A stretch of DNA of 64,000 nt, taken from Candidatus Melainabacteria bacterium 17Bon1m (GTDB lineage: Bacteria > Cyanobacteriota > Vampirovibrionia > Obscuribacterales > Obscuribacteraceae). The stretch is from assembly GCA_032128875.1 (NCBI GenBank), contig JAVLKG010000006.1:288001-352000 (forward strand). Direction: 5' to 3'. Each line of letters starts with the position of its first letter. Within the stretch, counting starts at the first letter, position 1. Both the position numbers and the translations under genes were made by a program. Below are positions 19,196 through 28,860 of this stretch, in pieces. Under the pieces are notes generated by a model. The model ran no database searches, was not told the origin of the DNA, and worked only from the letters and a program-made list of their open reading frames with translations.

Positions 19196-19993
19196 ATGGA
19201 AAACATCAGAGAAGCAGCCTCCGCAGTCTACGAATCCAGCGAACATAAAGGCGACAACGCCGCTCGCCAGCAGGCTGTAGACCTTTTGAATGAGCCAGAC
19301 GTTAAAGGCAATCTTACCGCCGTAACCCAACAGCTCGAATCAACAGGAACATTGCCGCAACTGGTAATTTCCGAATTCGATCGTCTTGATGGGGATGGAA
19401 ATGGCAACCTCACTTGGGATGAACTTCAAAAGGCTTCGACAGGCGGTTCTGCTGACGCACTTACGAAAATGGCTGCAGACTATGCAATCAAGCGATGGGA
19501 TAACATCACCGATTCCGATGATATTCCTGGACTTAATTGGTTGCCGGATAATGAAATTTCAAAAGACGAAATCAATAAGTTCCGCGATAGCCAGAGAGCG
19601 TCGAGAGTGGCTGAGCCATCTGAGATGTATAAGGCAGATCGCGTGATCAACAATGAGACGTCTGAAAACGAACTTCAAACACTGCTTACACGCAATGCTT
19701 CAAGCCCTGAGCAGCAATTGAAAGCTATCGAGTCACTATTAGCCCAAGGTAAAAAGAGTTTTGAAATGACTGATCTTGATGGTAATAAGTACACCGTCAG
19801 TATCAATGTTCAAAAGGACAGAGGCGTAGAGTACATCTCACTGCAAGCTAATGATGACGGCAGTACTTATCCATTACTGAGAGCAGTCAACCGCAACGGA
19901 GTATACGAACAGCAGACAAGAGATGGTCAGCCTGTTTCCTGGTATGGAACTCAGTGGCAGCAACTCCACCCGGGAAGTGCATTCGCAATGTAG
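19196..19993 (+). CDS. hypothetical protein with EF-hand Ca-binding loop
   Basis: DGDGNGNLTWDE canonical EF loop; ATG 19196 after GAGG (ORF track start 19142). Confidence 0.8.
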   Translation: MENIREAASAVYESSEHKGDNAARQQAVDLLNEPDVKGNLTAVTQQLESTGTLPQLVISEFDRLDGDGNGNLTWDELQKASTGGSADALTKMAADYAIKRWDNITDSDDIPGLNWLPDNEISKDEINKFRDSQRASRVAEPSEMYKADRVINNETSENELQTLLTRNASSPEQQLKAIESLLAQGKKSFEMTDLDGNKYTVSINVQKDRGVEYISLQANDDGSTYPLLRAVNRNGVYEQQTRDGQPVSWYGTQWQQLHPGSAFAM

Positions 19994-20018
19994 TTATAAC
20001 AAGAATTACTCGCAAGGG

Positions 20019-20048
20019 AAGAGGAGCTGCAGCAATGTAGCTCCTCTT
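20019..20048. terminator. hairpin between convergent genes
   Basis: AAGAGGAGCTGCA-gcaa-TGTAGCTCCTCTT, 13-bp stem with GNRA loop. Confidence 0.7.
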
Positions 20049-20061
20049 AAATTTTGCTGTT

Positions 20062-20736
20062 CTACTGCTCTTCGACTTTGTATCCGACACCAACTACGGT
20101 GGTGATGTAGGAAGGTCTATCGGAAACATCGATCTTCGTGCGCAAACGTTTTACGCATTGTCTGATCGCATCTACCGAAACTTCCGTGTCACCCGCCCAA
20201 AGTTTGTCTACTAGCTGGTCGGGAGTAAACACCAGATTGCGATTGCGAATCAAAAAGTCCAGCAGCGCAAATTCTTTTGGCAGCAGCCTAATCTCTTCTC
20301 CGCGACGCAGGCAGCGAAATGCTTTGGTATCAAGTTCGATATCGGACCAACGAATGATTTCGCTGGAAAGCTCTTTCGGGCGTCGCAGCAGCGCCGAAAC
20401 ACGCGCTCTAAATTCGCGCATGTCGTATGGCTTTGGCAAATAATCGTCAGCGCCGGAGTCAAGTCCGGTCAGCTTTTCGTCGATAGTGCTACGCCCGGTC
20501 AAGAACAAAACCGGTGTCGAGCCACCATTGCTTCTGAATTTCTTCAGAACCTCCAGCCCGTCCATACCCGGCAGTCCCCAGTCCAAAATGACCAGGTCAT
20601 ATTGAAAACGCTGCAAACTTTCCCACGCATCAGCTCCATCGGATAGAGCATCGACCGTGTGCTTTTCATGGACGAGCACGTCCACCAGAGCGTCGAGAAT
20701 CTCTTGGTCGTCTTCTACTACAATGATTTTTGACAT
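20062..20736 (-). CDS. OmpR/PhoB family response regulator (orphan)
   Basis: VVEDD, LDWGLPGMDG, GLDSGADDYLPKPY, C-terminal wHTH ITTVVGVGY. Confidence 0.95.
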   Translation of the reverse strand: MSKIIVVEDDQEILDALVDVLVHEKHTVDALSDGADAWESLQRFQYDLVILDWGLPGMDGLEVLKKFRSNGGSTPVLFLTGRSTIDEKLTGLDSGADDYLPKPYDMREFRARVSALLRRPKELSSEIIRWSDIELDTKAFRCLRRGEEIRLLPKEFALLDFLIRNRNLVFTPDQLVDKLWAGDTEVSVDAIRQCVKRLRTKIDVSDRPSYITTVVGVGYKVEEQ

Positions 20737-20911
20737 GTTTCCGGCAACCGCTCGGTCGGTAACCCCATGCGTTATTGTGCCACGACTGACAAGGTTTCAA
20801 GACAATCTCGTCACCCGGGGATGTCATATGGATGTGGCGGTTGGATATTGCCACGATAAAATACACTACGGTATGCGGTAATCGCGGCTATCAAGGAGTA
20901 CGCGCCTTTCT

Positions 20912-21736
20912 ATGGCTAACGACAATCAGCGCGACCGCCTCGACCTTGCTCTCAAGGCAATGAGCGATGCATCAATAGAAAACTCAGAAGAAGTCATTAT
21001 CAAGATAATTACTTCTCTGGAGGAAGAGTTTGGCGACAATCAGAAAACCATCGCCGAAGAATTGCAGAAGATTTCGCGTCAGATAGAGCAAACTGGCAAG
21101 GCTGACGTTGCAATGGACTTCAAGCAGCGGACGACGTCGGCAATGCTTCGGCTCAATATGGAGAGGCGTCGTGGGTTACGACCGCCAGCGATTATTCCGG
21201 GCGCTCCGGCGACGGGGGCTTCTTCCTCTGGTGCATCGAGAGGACCCAGCTCTTATTCGTCATCTTCTTCCAACTCATCCAATTATCCAGGTGCCTCATA
21301 CTCATCATCCCCTGCTTCATCGGCATCCACCGCCTCCCAGGCATCAGCCGCATCCGCTTCCGGCAGGTCGTCCGTATCTGTTGCGCCAAGTGTCCGTATT
21401 GAAGGCACGCAGGTCGAATATCTGGTGCATCCATCGCGCGATGTGAGAGCCGATGCTAGAGCGTTTTGCGATGTCTTGAAAGGTCAGAAAATCTGGGAGT
21501 CTGCAGGTGGAAACATTTGTGCAATTAAGTTTCCTGCTGGGCCTCAAGTGATTATCGTTGAGGAAATTGCCTTTACCTGCTCGGTTGTTTTTTCTGTCTC
21601 AAACTTTGAGAAGGTCGCTGACGACCTGGATGCGCAAGGCTATCAGATCGTAGGATCTGTTGCTACGCCTTCTGGCTCTGCAAGCGTGTTCGCCTCTGAC
21701 TGCGGCAGCAAATTTGCGCTGATTGCGCGCAAGTAA
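20912..21736 (+). CDS. hypothetical protein: helical N-domain, Ser-rich linker, VOC/glyoxalase-like C-domain
   Basis: C-terminal pattern (AFCDVL..VFSVSNFEKVADDLDAQGY..FASDCGSKFAL) fits a VOC fold. Confidence 0.65.
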   Translation: MANDNQRDRLDLALKAMSDASIENSEEVIIKIITSLEEEFGDNQKTIAEELQKISRQIEQTGKADVAMDFKQRTTSAMLRLNMERRRGLRPPAIIPGAPATGASSSGASRGPSSYSSSSSNSSNYPGASYSSSPASSASTASQASAASASGRSSVSVAPSVRIEGTQVEYLVHPSRDVRADARAFCDVLKGQKIWESAGGNICAIKFPAGPQVIIVEEIAFTCSVVFSVSNFEKVADDLDAQGYQIVGSVATPSGSASVFASDCGSKFALIARK

Positions 21737-21750
21737 TTAAGGAAGAAACG

Positions 21751-21856
21751 GGCGCGTGCAACGCGCCCCCACGCCTCTGCTTAGCCACGCTTGCTTGCAC
21801 GGCATCACGCCCACACGCCTATGCTAAGCCACCCCCGCTTGCACGGCACCACGCCC
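21751..21856. repeat. palindrome plus ~44-bp imperfect direct repeat x2 between convergent genes
   Basis: GGGCGCGTGCAACGCGCCC hairpin, then two copies of CACGCCTnTGCTnAGCCAC....GCTTGCACGGCAnCACGCCC. Confidence 0.7.
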
Positions 21857-21897
21857 GCGCGTATATTCAATGGTCGAAGCATGGCGTCGCCCCCACC

Positions 21898-22341
21898 TTA
21901 CATGAGGTCGCGGAGAACCTGCAAAACCTTCTCCGGCATTGGCGCGGAGCGACGTGTTGTTTCATCAGTTAAGACAATTACTGACTCCGCAGTCGAGCAG
22001 CACTCTCCATCTTTGAACAATGCTTGCCCGCATGTGAACGAGCTTTTGCCGATATGGTTTACTCTAGTTCCGACTTCAACGGTACCCGGAAAATTCATTT
22101 CTTTCAAAAAATCTAGAGACAGTTTTGCGATGACAAATGCATAGCCATCGTCGGCAATGGTGCCATATTCGTGACAGAGAAATGCAACACGGCCGGACTC
22201 GAAAAATGTGCAGTAGGCTGCGTTGTTGATGTGTCCTTGTCTGTCTGTGTCGCCATATCGCAAAGTGACTGGCGTCCAAAGTTTGTAGAACTCTCTTTCT
22301 GTAGAGCTAACGGTGCTTCGTTTTGTATCGCTGCTTGTCAC
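21898..22341 (-). CDS. acyl-CoA thioesterase (4HBT/YbgC hotdog family)
   Basis: RYGDTDRQGHINNAAY..ESGR motif. Confidence 0.92.
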   Translation of the reverse strand: MTSSDTKRSTVSSTEREFYKLWTPVTLRYGDTDRQGHINNAAYCTFFESGRVAFLCHEYGTIADDGYAFVIAKLSLDFLKEMNFPGTVEVGTRVNHIGKSSFTCGQALFKDGECCSTAESVIVLTDETTRRSAPMPEKVLQVLRDLM

Positions 22342-22727
22342 TGGCTTTTTCCTGCTCTTTCTTTAGACTCTCGATTTTCGAACTTGATCTTGAGATCTGT
22401 TTCGATGCGATCGATTGCTGCAGACTCGACGAGTAAGCCGATGCGCTCATAAGTTTTCCACAACTCTGACCATTGCATAACAACAATCACACGCTGCGAG
22501 TATTTTTTCGCCAACTGAGTAACCTTCGCGTTTCCGCTTTTGAGAAATTCCATATCGTCGAGCTTCGAGCATTTACGACAATGCACTTCGCGTTCGTCTT
22601 TGCCCGGTGCAAATTTGACAATGCTACCTGGCTCTTGCTTCCCATCACAGTTAAAGCAGCGGCTCGCCCGTATCAGTGAGTAGACTGGCGGTTCTTTTGC
22701 GGCTTTCTTGGCTTGTTCGCTCATCAA
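22338..22727 (-). CDS. putative Zn-binding protein resembling the N-terminal half of DUF2293-domain proteins
   Basis: CxxC...CxxC, then FLKSGNAKVTQLAKKYS..YERIGLLVE. Confidence 0.6.
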   Translation of the reverse strand: MMSEQAKKAAKEPPVYSLIRASRCFNCDGKQEPGSIVKFAPGKDEREVHCRKCSKLDDMEFLKSGNAKVTQLAKKYSQRVIVVMQWSELWKTYERIGLLVESAAIDRIETDLKIKFENRESKERAGKSQ

Positions 22728-23383
22728 TTAACGTCAGTACCGATACCGTGTTTTTGCATGTAGCGATAATTGTACTGGTTTACTGCTTTTTCAAAGTCAG
22801 CACCCGAGACGCTCGCCGCAGCGGATTCGCCTAGGACGGCAGCGGCCTGCTTTCTGTCTCTTGCAAGTAGTGCATCGCGTACAGTGGCTTGGCTTGTCAT
22901 GTCTGCGCGCGTTATGTCCGGATTTCCTTGACGGAGAACCGACATAATTGATGTCTTGTACGCTTCGCTCCACTGGCTACCGCGACCAAAGCCGGCTACG
23001 ATTGCCGCTGCATTTTTGTCCTCGACTGCTTCAAAACTATCGCTCGCCTTTACGCGGCCTAATTTCTTGCCGGTTTGTTGTTCCAGCTCGCGAAGTTGTG
23101 CATTGACAGCCTCACGCAACTGCGCCGGGCTGTCCTTCACATAGGTATCTTCTGTGCCGAGCATTGCCTCGACCCGTTTGGCAAACGGCTTTTCCGGATC
23201 TGTGGCGCCCTGCATTGACGCACGCACAATACTGTTGTCGTTTTGCGACCACTGAGCCGCCACCTCAATGGCGCTGGGCTCACGCTCGGCCGCCCCTTCG
23301 GTGTTGGCGTTCATTGCGCCCAACTCAAAACCCTGCAATTGCTTGCCCTGAGCGGCTTTTCCGTCGTCAAATGCCATTGCCAC
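22724..23383 (-). CDS. hypothetical protein
   Basis: 219-aa ORF with GGAG RBS; overlaps downstream start. Confidence 0.75.
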   Translation of the reverse strand: MAMAFDDGKAAQGKQLQGFELGAMNANTEGAAEREPSAIEVAAQWSQNDNSIVRASMQGATDPEKPFAKRVEAMLGTEDTYVKDSPAQLREAVNAQLRELEQQTGKKLGRVKASDSFEAVEDKNAAAIVAGFGRGSQWSEAYKTSIMSVLRQGNPDITRADMTSQATVRDALLARDRKQAAAVLGESAAASVSGADFEKAVNQYNYRYMQKHGIGTDVN

Positions 23384-23605
23384 AGTCTCCCTGGAATGTT
23401 TCCCTAATTTATATGCCCTTTCAGGTACATTTTTAGACTATAAGTTCTGTATTGCCCGCAGAGTGGCTGTTTGGGGGCTTTGTCAAATGATTGAGGGCAG
23501 ACCCGGAAACCGGCAAGGAGCCATCGGGCTTAGCTCTTTGTGCTATATGTTCAATGAGAGCGTTTGAAAACGCTGTGGAATCTGCAGGTGTTTGTTTTGG
23601 GTACT

Positions 23606-25633
23606 ATGGCTTCGAAGCCGCGCAAAGAGAAAGTGGTGGCGCCTTTGGTGGCATCACTAATTACGTCCTTAATTGCACCGACTTTCTTTTTGCCCCTGCC
23701 TGCAAAAAGCTCGCCCGGAATTCCAGAGTGCGCATCAGAAACTTTGATAACTGCGTCGCGTGCTTTGATTGCAGCCAATCATGATAATCATACGAATTCG
23801 CCTAACCCGCAAGGAATTCAGCACAATCACACGTACATCGACGTCAATTCCACAGAACAAGAAATTATCCAAACTGCGTTAGACGGAAAGCTCCTCGACG
23901 CAGAGAAAATGCTTGAGCGTGAGGTCAGCCAAGAGAAGGACAAAGAAAAGAAGATTGGGCTTTTCTACATGCTCGCGGCGCTCGAAAAGATGCAGGAAAA
24001 AAGCGGTGAAGCGCGGCGCCATCTGGAGGTGGTTTTGCATCACCAGCCCCCTGCAATTGACAGCACTGGTCAATTGCGGCATGCGCTGTTGCTCAAAAGA
24101 ATTGGTGACTGCTATTACGGTGAGCGAAAGTATAGCGACGCGCTTGCAAGTTACAACGCTGCGTTGATCATTTCGTCTGCTTTGCCAATAGGTTCTCGCA
24201 TCCTTGCGGACCTTTACGAGTCTGCGATGGGCATTTTGATTATTGAAAAACGCTACACAGATGCGCAATCCTATGCGGAAAAATTCCTTGCCGTAGCGAA
24301 AGAACGCGCTAAATCCGGGCTCTGGGATGATGCCGGAGTTTTATTTTGGGCGCAATTGCAAATGCTCAATCTTTATCGTCACATGAAAAATCCGCCTGAC
24401 ACTGAGCCGATCCGGCAGGAAGTTTCTGCGTCAATCGAAAAATTGATGAATTATCGATTCAGCTTGGAGTCGCATGGCAAACTGCCTCCACTCTCCGAGC
24501 GCAAGGAGATTTTCGAAAAGCACTACATTGCCGAATTCGCGCCGCAGACCGCTGCTGAATATATCTGGTTAGCCGGCGAATTTCGCCTGCGTACAATGCC
24601 TGTTATCGGATGGATGCCAACGCAGCAAAAAACAAAAGCTGCGATTCTTTGTGTGCATGGGCTCGGTTTGGACAACCAAGCATTTACACCGTTTGGCTTG
24701 AAAATGTCGGCAAATGGTTACGCAGTTTATTCGATGGATGTTCGTGGCTTTGGTGCCTGGCTCACTACTCCTGGTCAGGAAGATTTGCGATTGAACGAAG
24801 CGATTAACGATGTCGGAAGCATCCTCGGTTTGATATCGCAAAGACACGGTGGCGTGCCGATTTACTTGCTTGGTGAATCAATGGGTGGCGCGATCGCACT
24901 GCGCGCAGGGGCGAAGTATTCCAAGGATTTGCACGGGGTGATTTCCTCTGTTCCGTCTGCTGAAAGATTTCAGGCCAAGAAAATGGGACTTACCGTTGCT
25001 GTTCATTTTTTGAAAAACCCCAATAAGCCGTTCAGAGTTGGTGACATGGTAGTTCAGCAGGCATCAGCTATTCCGCGGGTTAGAGAAGCGTGGCATGATG
25101 ATCTGAAAGCAAAAATGGAAATGTCTCCGAAAGAGCTTATGCGATTTGCTGTTTTCATGCGCGAGACGAAGTTTTCGTGCGCGAAATTGAATGACCTGCC
25201 TGTATTTTTTGTTCAAGGACTTAAGGACAAGCTTGTTAAACCTAAAGGAACATACGAACTGTTCGAAGCTGTGACCTGCGAAGACAAAAACCTCTTTATC
25301 ATCGGCTCTGAGGAGCATTTGATTTTTGAGACTTTCAACCAGTCCGGTATGCTTCTTGAAGCTATTACTGCATGGATGGATAAACATTCAGCACCCAGAG
25401 TGGACGACACAAAAAATGCATCGGCGTCGAATGCGCCGGGGGCATCTTCTGCTAGCGCGGCATCTGTGAATAAAGCTTCTCCTGACTCCGGCGATCGATG
25501 GGAGCCCGCAAGTTCGTCATCCCAGGTTCCGTCTGGTGTGCCGCTCAACGACACCGCTTTGGGCGTTTCGACAGCGAAAAAACACAGGTCGAAGCACAAG
25601 CAGAAAGAACCGAAAACTTCAGCGGCACCCTAG
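23606..25633 (+). CDS. TPR-like helical domain plus alpha/beta hydrolase (lysophospholipase/monoacylglycerol lipase type), secreted
   Basis: CVHGLG, DVRGFG, GESMGG nucleophile elbow, QGLKDKLV, EEHLIFE; start uncertain (ORF track 23564). Confidence 0.85.
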   Translation: MASKPRKEKVVAPLVASLITSLIAPTFFLPLPAKSSPGIPECASETLITASRALIAANHDNHTNSPNPQGIQHNHTYIDVNSTEQEIIQTALDGKLLDAEKMLEREVSQEKDKEKKIGLFYMLAALEKMQEKSGEARRHLEVVLHHQPPAIDSTGQLRHALLLKRIGDCYYGERKYSDALASYNAALIISSALPIGSRILADLYESAMGILIIEKRYTDAQSYAEKFLAVAKERAKSGLWDDAGVLFWAQLQMLNLYRHMKNPPDTEPIRQEVSASIEKLMNYRFSLESHGKLPPLSERKEIFEKHYIAEFAPQTAAEYIWLAGEFRLRTMPVIGWMPTQQKTKAAILCVHGLGLDNQAFTPFGLKMSANGYAVYSMDVRGFGAWLTTPGQEDLRLNEAINDVGSILGLISQRHGGVPIYLLGESMGGAIALRAGAKYSKDLHGVISSVPSAERFQAKKMGLTVAVHFLKNPNKPFRVGDMVVQQASAIPRVREAWHDDLKAKMEMSPKELMRFAVFMRETKFSCAKLNDLPVFFVQGLKDKLVKPKGTYELFEAVTCEDKNLFIIGSEEHLIFETFNQSGMLLEAITAWMDKHSAPRVDDTKNASASNAPGASSASAASVNKASPDSGDRWEPASSSSQVPSGVPLNDTALGVSTAKKHRSKHKQKEPKTSAAP

Positions 25634-25730
25634 AGCGAAGTGCTGCACCTGTGGGCGATACGGGGTTTGCAATGAAAGTGAAACAACTCTCATTTAACCT
25701 TTCATATAACCCCACCCAGGATGCTCACCG

Positions 25731-28199
25731 ATGGCACAACGATTTGATCAGGTCCCTGCTTCCGACCCGCCAGTCAAATTTACATACAACGAGAAAAATC
25801 CTTCGCAGTCTTATCTGTGCGAAGACAACATGTGCAAGCAGGTTTCACCCTCGCAGTTTAAGGCAGAACATCCTCAAGAATATGCCGATTACGTCAAAAT
25901 GCATCCTGAGTACAAGCAAAGGATGGACGCGTTTGACCGCACTAACCCTGGCGTCCAAGGATTGCCGCTGACTACCATTGATGGACTGCTCGACAGTCGA
26001 AAGCCTGGACCAAAGGTCAGGCTCAAGGAAGGATCGGCCGACGCAGAGGGTCGTATTCCTTTGGTACTGGATCCCAAACTGAAGGGAAAGCTGGATGATC
26101 TGGTCATTCCTATTCAGCATCTGGAATTGCAAGGACCACCGGAGCAAGGCGATTCGTCTGTTCGTATGTTGCCGCTTGATTCCACCAGGTCGCAATATCG
26201 GCTCGATTCGAATCCGCGCACTCTCAAACTTGATGCAAATGGGCGCCTTCAGTTTGATGACAGTGGCGACCTCAATTTTGATCCAAACCGTCGCCTCCAA
26301 TTCGACAAAGACGGTCGCATTCAACTGAGAATTCGCCCCGATGGCAGCGACTTCAGAGGACCTTCAAATCCCGATGATCCATTGTCACTACTAAGAGATC
26401 CGCGCGACAGATATGGCTCATATGGGCGTACCCCGCAGAGGCGCGATGTGCTCGAGGAGCTGCTCGATCCACTAAGCAGAAGTAGAACGAGATTTCCGCT
26501 CGATCCTTTTGGCAGTAATAGAAACGCTAATGGATTGGATGCCTTGCTAGATCCCTTTGGACAGCGTCGTAAGGACAATTTTGGTGGCAATCGCGACCAA
26601 TTCCCGCTTGATACTCGCTTGCGTTTGCCCGGCCAAAACGACGACGTGATGCCGTTGCGTTTGAACCGCGACATGAGTCCCGATCAGCTCAACGACTTGT
26701 ATAGAAGAGGCGGACTACAGGCGTTGCCCCCAGATGTTCGCAAGCAGATCATGGACCAGTTGAGCGCGGGACAAGTGCAGGTTGTTCCGTTAGAACTTCC
26801 TCAACCTGCGAAGCCTCCGGAAAAGCCTCCAGAAAAACAACCTGAGAAGCCACCAGAAAAACAATCTGAAAAGCCGCCTGAGAAACAGCCGGAGAAGCCG
26901 CCCGAAAAACAACCTGAAAAACCGGTGGAAAAGCCACTGCCGGAACAACCAGCTCAGCCAATCGATGGTCCAAAGCCTCCAACAGATTTGGAAAGACCTG
27001 TTGATGCGAAGGAGCAAGGCGAGAAGCTTGATGCCTTTGGCCAATCAATAAAAGATACAGGCGCGTTCACCATCGATAATTTTGGTGATGCATACAAAGA
27101 AGCGGCTAAGTCTGGTTCTGGTGTCGCAATTATGGTTGTCGGTCGCGGTATTCCAGGCAGTGAAGACGCTATAAAGAATGTTAAAAAGCTGCAGGAAGAA
27201 AATCCTAAACTCAAATTCCTAATTGTGGATCGCGACAAAATCGACGCCGCTGTTCAGGCTGATCCTAAGAATTCCAAAATGCAGGAATGGAAGAAGTGGA
27301 TCGACGAGAGCACCAAGGCATGCGGTGGTAGTGATAAGAACACCGTGCTCACCAGTGTTCAGTCCCTTAAGGCTGACTCTTCCGGATATCCGGCTCCGGA
27401 AAAGGTGACGAGTTTCCACTGGAACTCCAACATCAATCAAGACCTATTATCGAAAGCTGCACTTGCGAGCGATGCCACTGTTTCGCACGCTAAAGAGTTC
27501 AGACTGTCGATGGACGCGCAAAGTGCTACAGCTCTTGCCTCGCAAATAAGAGCAGCGAGAGAAGAAGCACTTGCAACTCCGGTCAACGCAATGCCTGGCT
27601 TGCAAGAGCGTCAAGCGAAGTTTGTCAAAGCGCTGCAAGCTGCATCGCAAGCACGTCCTGATTTGCTAGCTGAACGCCGCAAAGAAATAGACAAAATTGC
27701 TGACCTGGATGAACGAAATAGACAACTGGCAACTTTGTGGGAGCTGGAGAATGCCCCAAGACTTCTACGTGCAGAACTCGGTCTGGACATGGTGAGAAGC
27801 GCGAGCAGCTTACCTAAAGCTGAGAAGCAAGCGGCGATGAATCAAGCCGGTTTGGATGTCTTGAAAGATGCTTACAGAACGGCACCAGAGCTGAAGGACA
27901 ATCCTGAGTTTGCTGCTGCTCTCAAAGCCGCAGGAGTCAATGTCGAACAGTTGATCAAAGACTCTGAGACGGCACCACCAGTGACTTCGGATCAAATCAA
28001 GCAAAGACTAGAGAGTGCCTACTCGGCAGGTGACCCTGTTCGCGTGCAGGAGAAGAGAACCGAGTACAGAGGAAATCTGCCGCCCGAAACTCGCGCACGA
28101 GTCAGAGCGAGCGGAGGCTGCTGCTACAGCGATGCCTGCATTCGTCAGAAGTGCTGCTCAGGTGGTATTTGCCGCAGACTTTGCGGCGGACGCCGTTAA
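25731..28199 (+). CDS. large hypothetical protein with PEK repeats, degenerate thioredoxin-like segment and Cys-rich tail
   Basis: 822-aa ORF; composition read directly. Confidence 0.8.
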   Translation: MAQRFDQVPASDPPVKFTYNEKNPSQSYLCEDNMCKQVSPSQFKAEHPQEYADYVKMHPEYKQRMDAFDRTNPGVQGLPLTTIDGLLDSRKPGPKVRLKEGSADAEGRIPLVLDPKLKGKLDDLVIPIQHLELQGPPEQGDSSVRMLPLDSTRSQYRLDSNPRTLKLDANGRLQFDDSGDLNFDPNRRLQFDKDGRIQLRIRPDGSDFRGPSNPDDPLSLLRDPRDRYGSYGRTPQRRDVLEELLDPLSRSRTRFPLDPFGSNRNANGLDALLDPFGQRRKDNFGGNRDQFPLDTRLRLPGQNDDVMPLRLNRDMSPDQLNDLYRRGGLQALPPDVRKQIMDQLSAGQVQVVPLELPQPAKPPEKPPEKQPEKPPEKQSEKPPEKQPEKPPEKQPEKPVEKPLPEQPAQPIDGPKPPTDLERPVDAKEQGEKLDAFGQSIKDTGAFTIDNFGDAYKEAAKSGSGVAIMVVGRGIPGSEDAIKNVKKLQEENPKLKFLIVDRDKIDAAVQADPKNSKMQEWKKWIDESTKACGGSDKNTVLTSVQSLKADSSGYPAPEKVTSFHWNSNINQDLLSKAALASDATVSHAKEFRLSMDAQSATALASQIRAAREEALATPVNAMPGLQERQAKFVKALQAASQARPDLLAERRKEIDKIADLDERNRQLATLWELENAPRLLRAELGLDMVRSASSLPKAEKQAAMNQAGLDVLKDAYRTAPELKDNPEFAAALKAAGVNVEQLIKDSETAPPVTSDQIKQRLESAYSAGDPVRVQEKRTEYRGNLPPETRARVRASGGCCYSDACIRQKCCSGGICRRLCGGRR
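26805..26950 (+). repeat. 12-bp coding tandem repeat (PEKP/PEKQ, about 10 units)
   Basis: Repeated CC(N)GA(R)AA(R)C(M)(N) units. Confidence 0.85.
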
Positions 28200-28212
28200 A
28201 CCTTATAGGTGA

Positions 28213-28716
28213 CTAGTTGATGCGTTTTTGAAACCAAATCGAACTGATGTACTGACCGTGCTTCTGTGCGTATTCATCAAAGACGCCGACTTCTGAAAAT
28301 CCCATTGCTCTATGCAATGCAACCGAACCAGGATTTGGTAATGCAACGCCTGCTACAACCAGGTGCACTTTCTCGTCTCTAATTGCTTCGAAAAGCGCTG
28401 AGTAGAGTTTCTTTCCAACGCCCTTGCCGCGCGCCTTTTCAGTAAGATAAATTCCGAATTCCACCGTTTCGACAAACGCTGGATGGTCGCGATACTGGCG
28501 GCTTCCTGCACTGCCAATTACCTCTCCGTCTGTTTCAGCAACGAGTAGCCGATATGGTCCCGACGTCGAGTATTTCTCGAACCAGGGTTTGTAATCGTGA
28601 ATCGTCATTGGTTGCGTGTCAAACGCGATATTCGTGTTGACGATGTAATAGTTGTAGATTTCAGTCAGCAGCGGAAGGTCGCTTTCAACTGCCGGACGAA
28701 TAACGAGTGATTCCAC
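28213..28716 (-). CDS. GNAT N-acetyltransferase (phosphinothricin/methionine-sulfoximine acetyltransferase type)
   Basis: IYNYYI, ARGKGVGKKLY, LPNPGSVALHRAMGF. Confidence 0.9.
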   Translation of the reverse strand: MESLVIRPAVESDLPLLTEIYNYYIVNTNIAFDTQPMTIHDYKPWFEKYSTSGPYRLLVAETDGEVIGSAGSRQYRDHPAFVETVEFGIYLTEKARGKGVGKKLYSALFEAIRDEKVHLVVAGVALPNPGSVALHRAMGFSEVGVFDEYAQKHGQYISSIWFQKRIN

Positions 28717-28860
28717 GGGGTTGTGTCCTTGTAGACCGTTGAGCCAATCTGAATAGCGTGTTTTGCGCCAGTAAATGATATCCGCGCACGGCTGCCAAGA
28801 TAATGATCTTTTGATGAGAATTTGCGTTCAAGGGTTAAACCTGTGGCGGAATGATTTTAT

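Noticed and set aside
20810-20838. Autoregulatory box upstream of the response regulator
   Set aside because: GTCA half-sites are 13 bp apart rather than 11 and there is no matching -10; too weak to call
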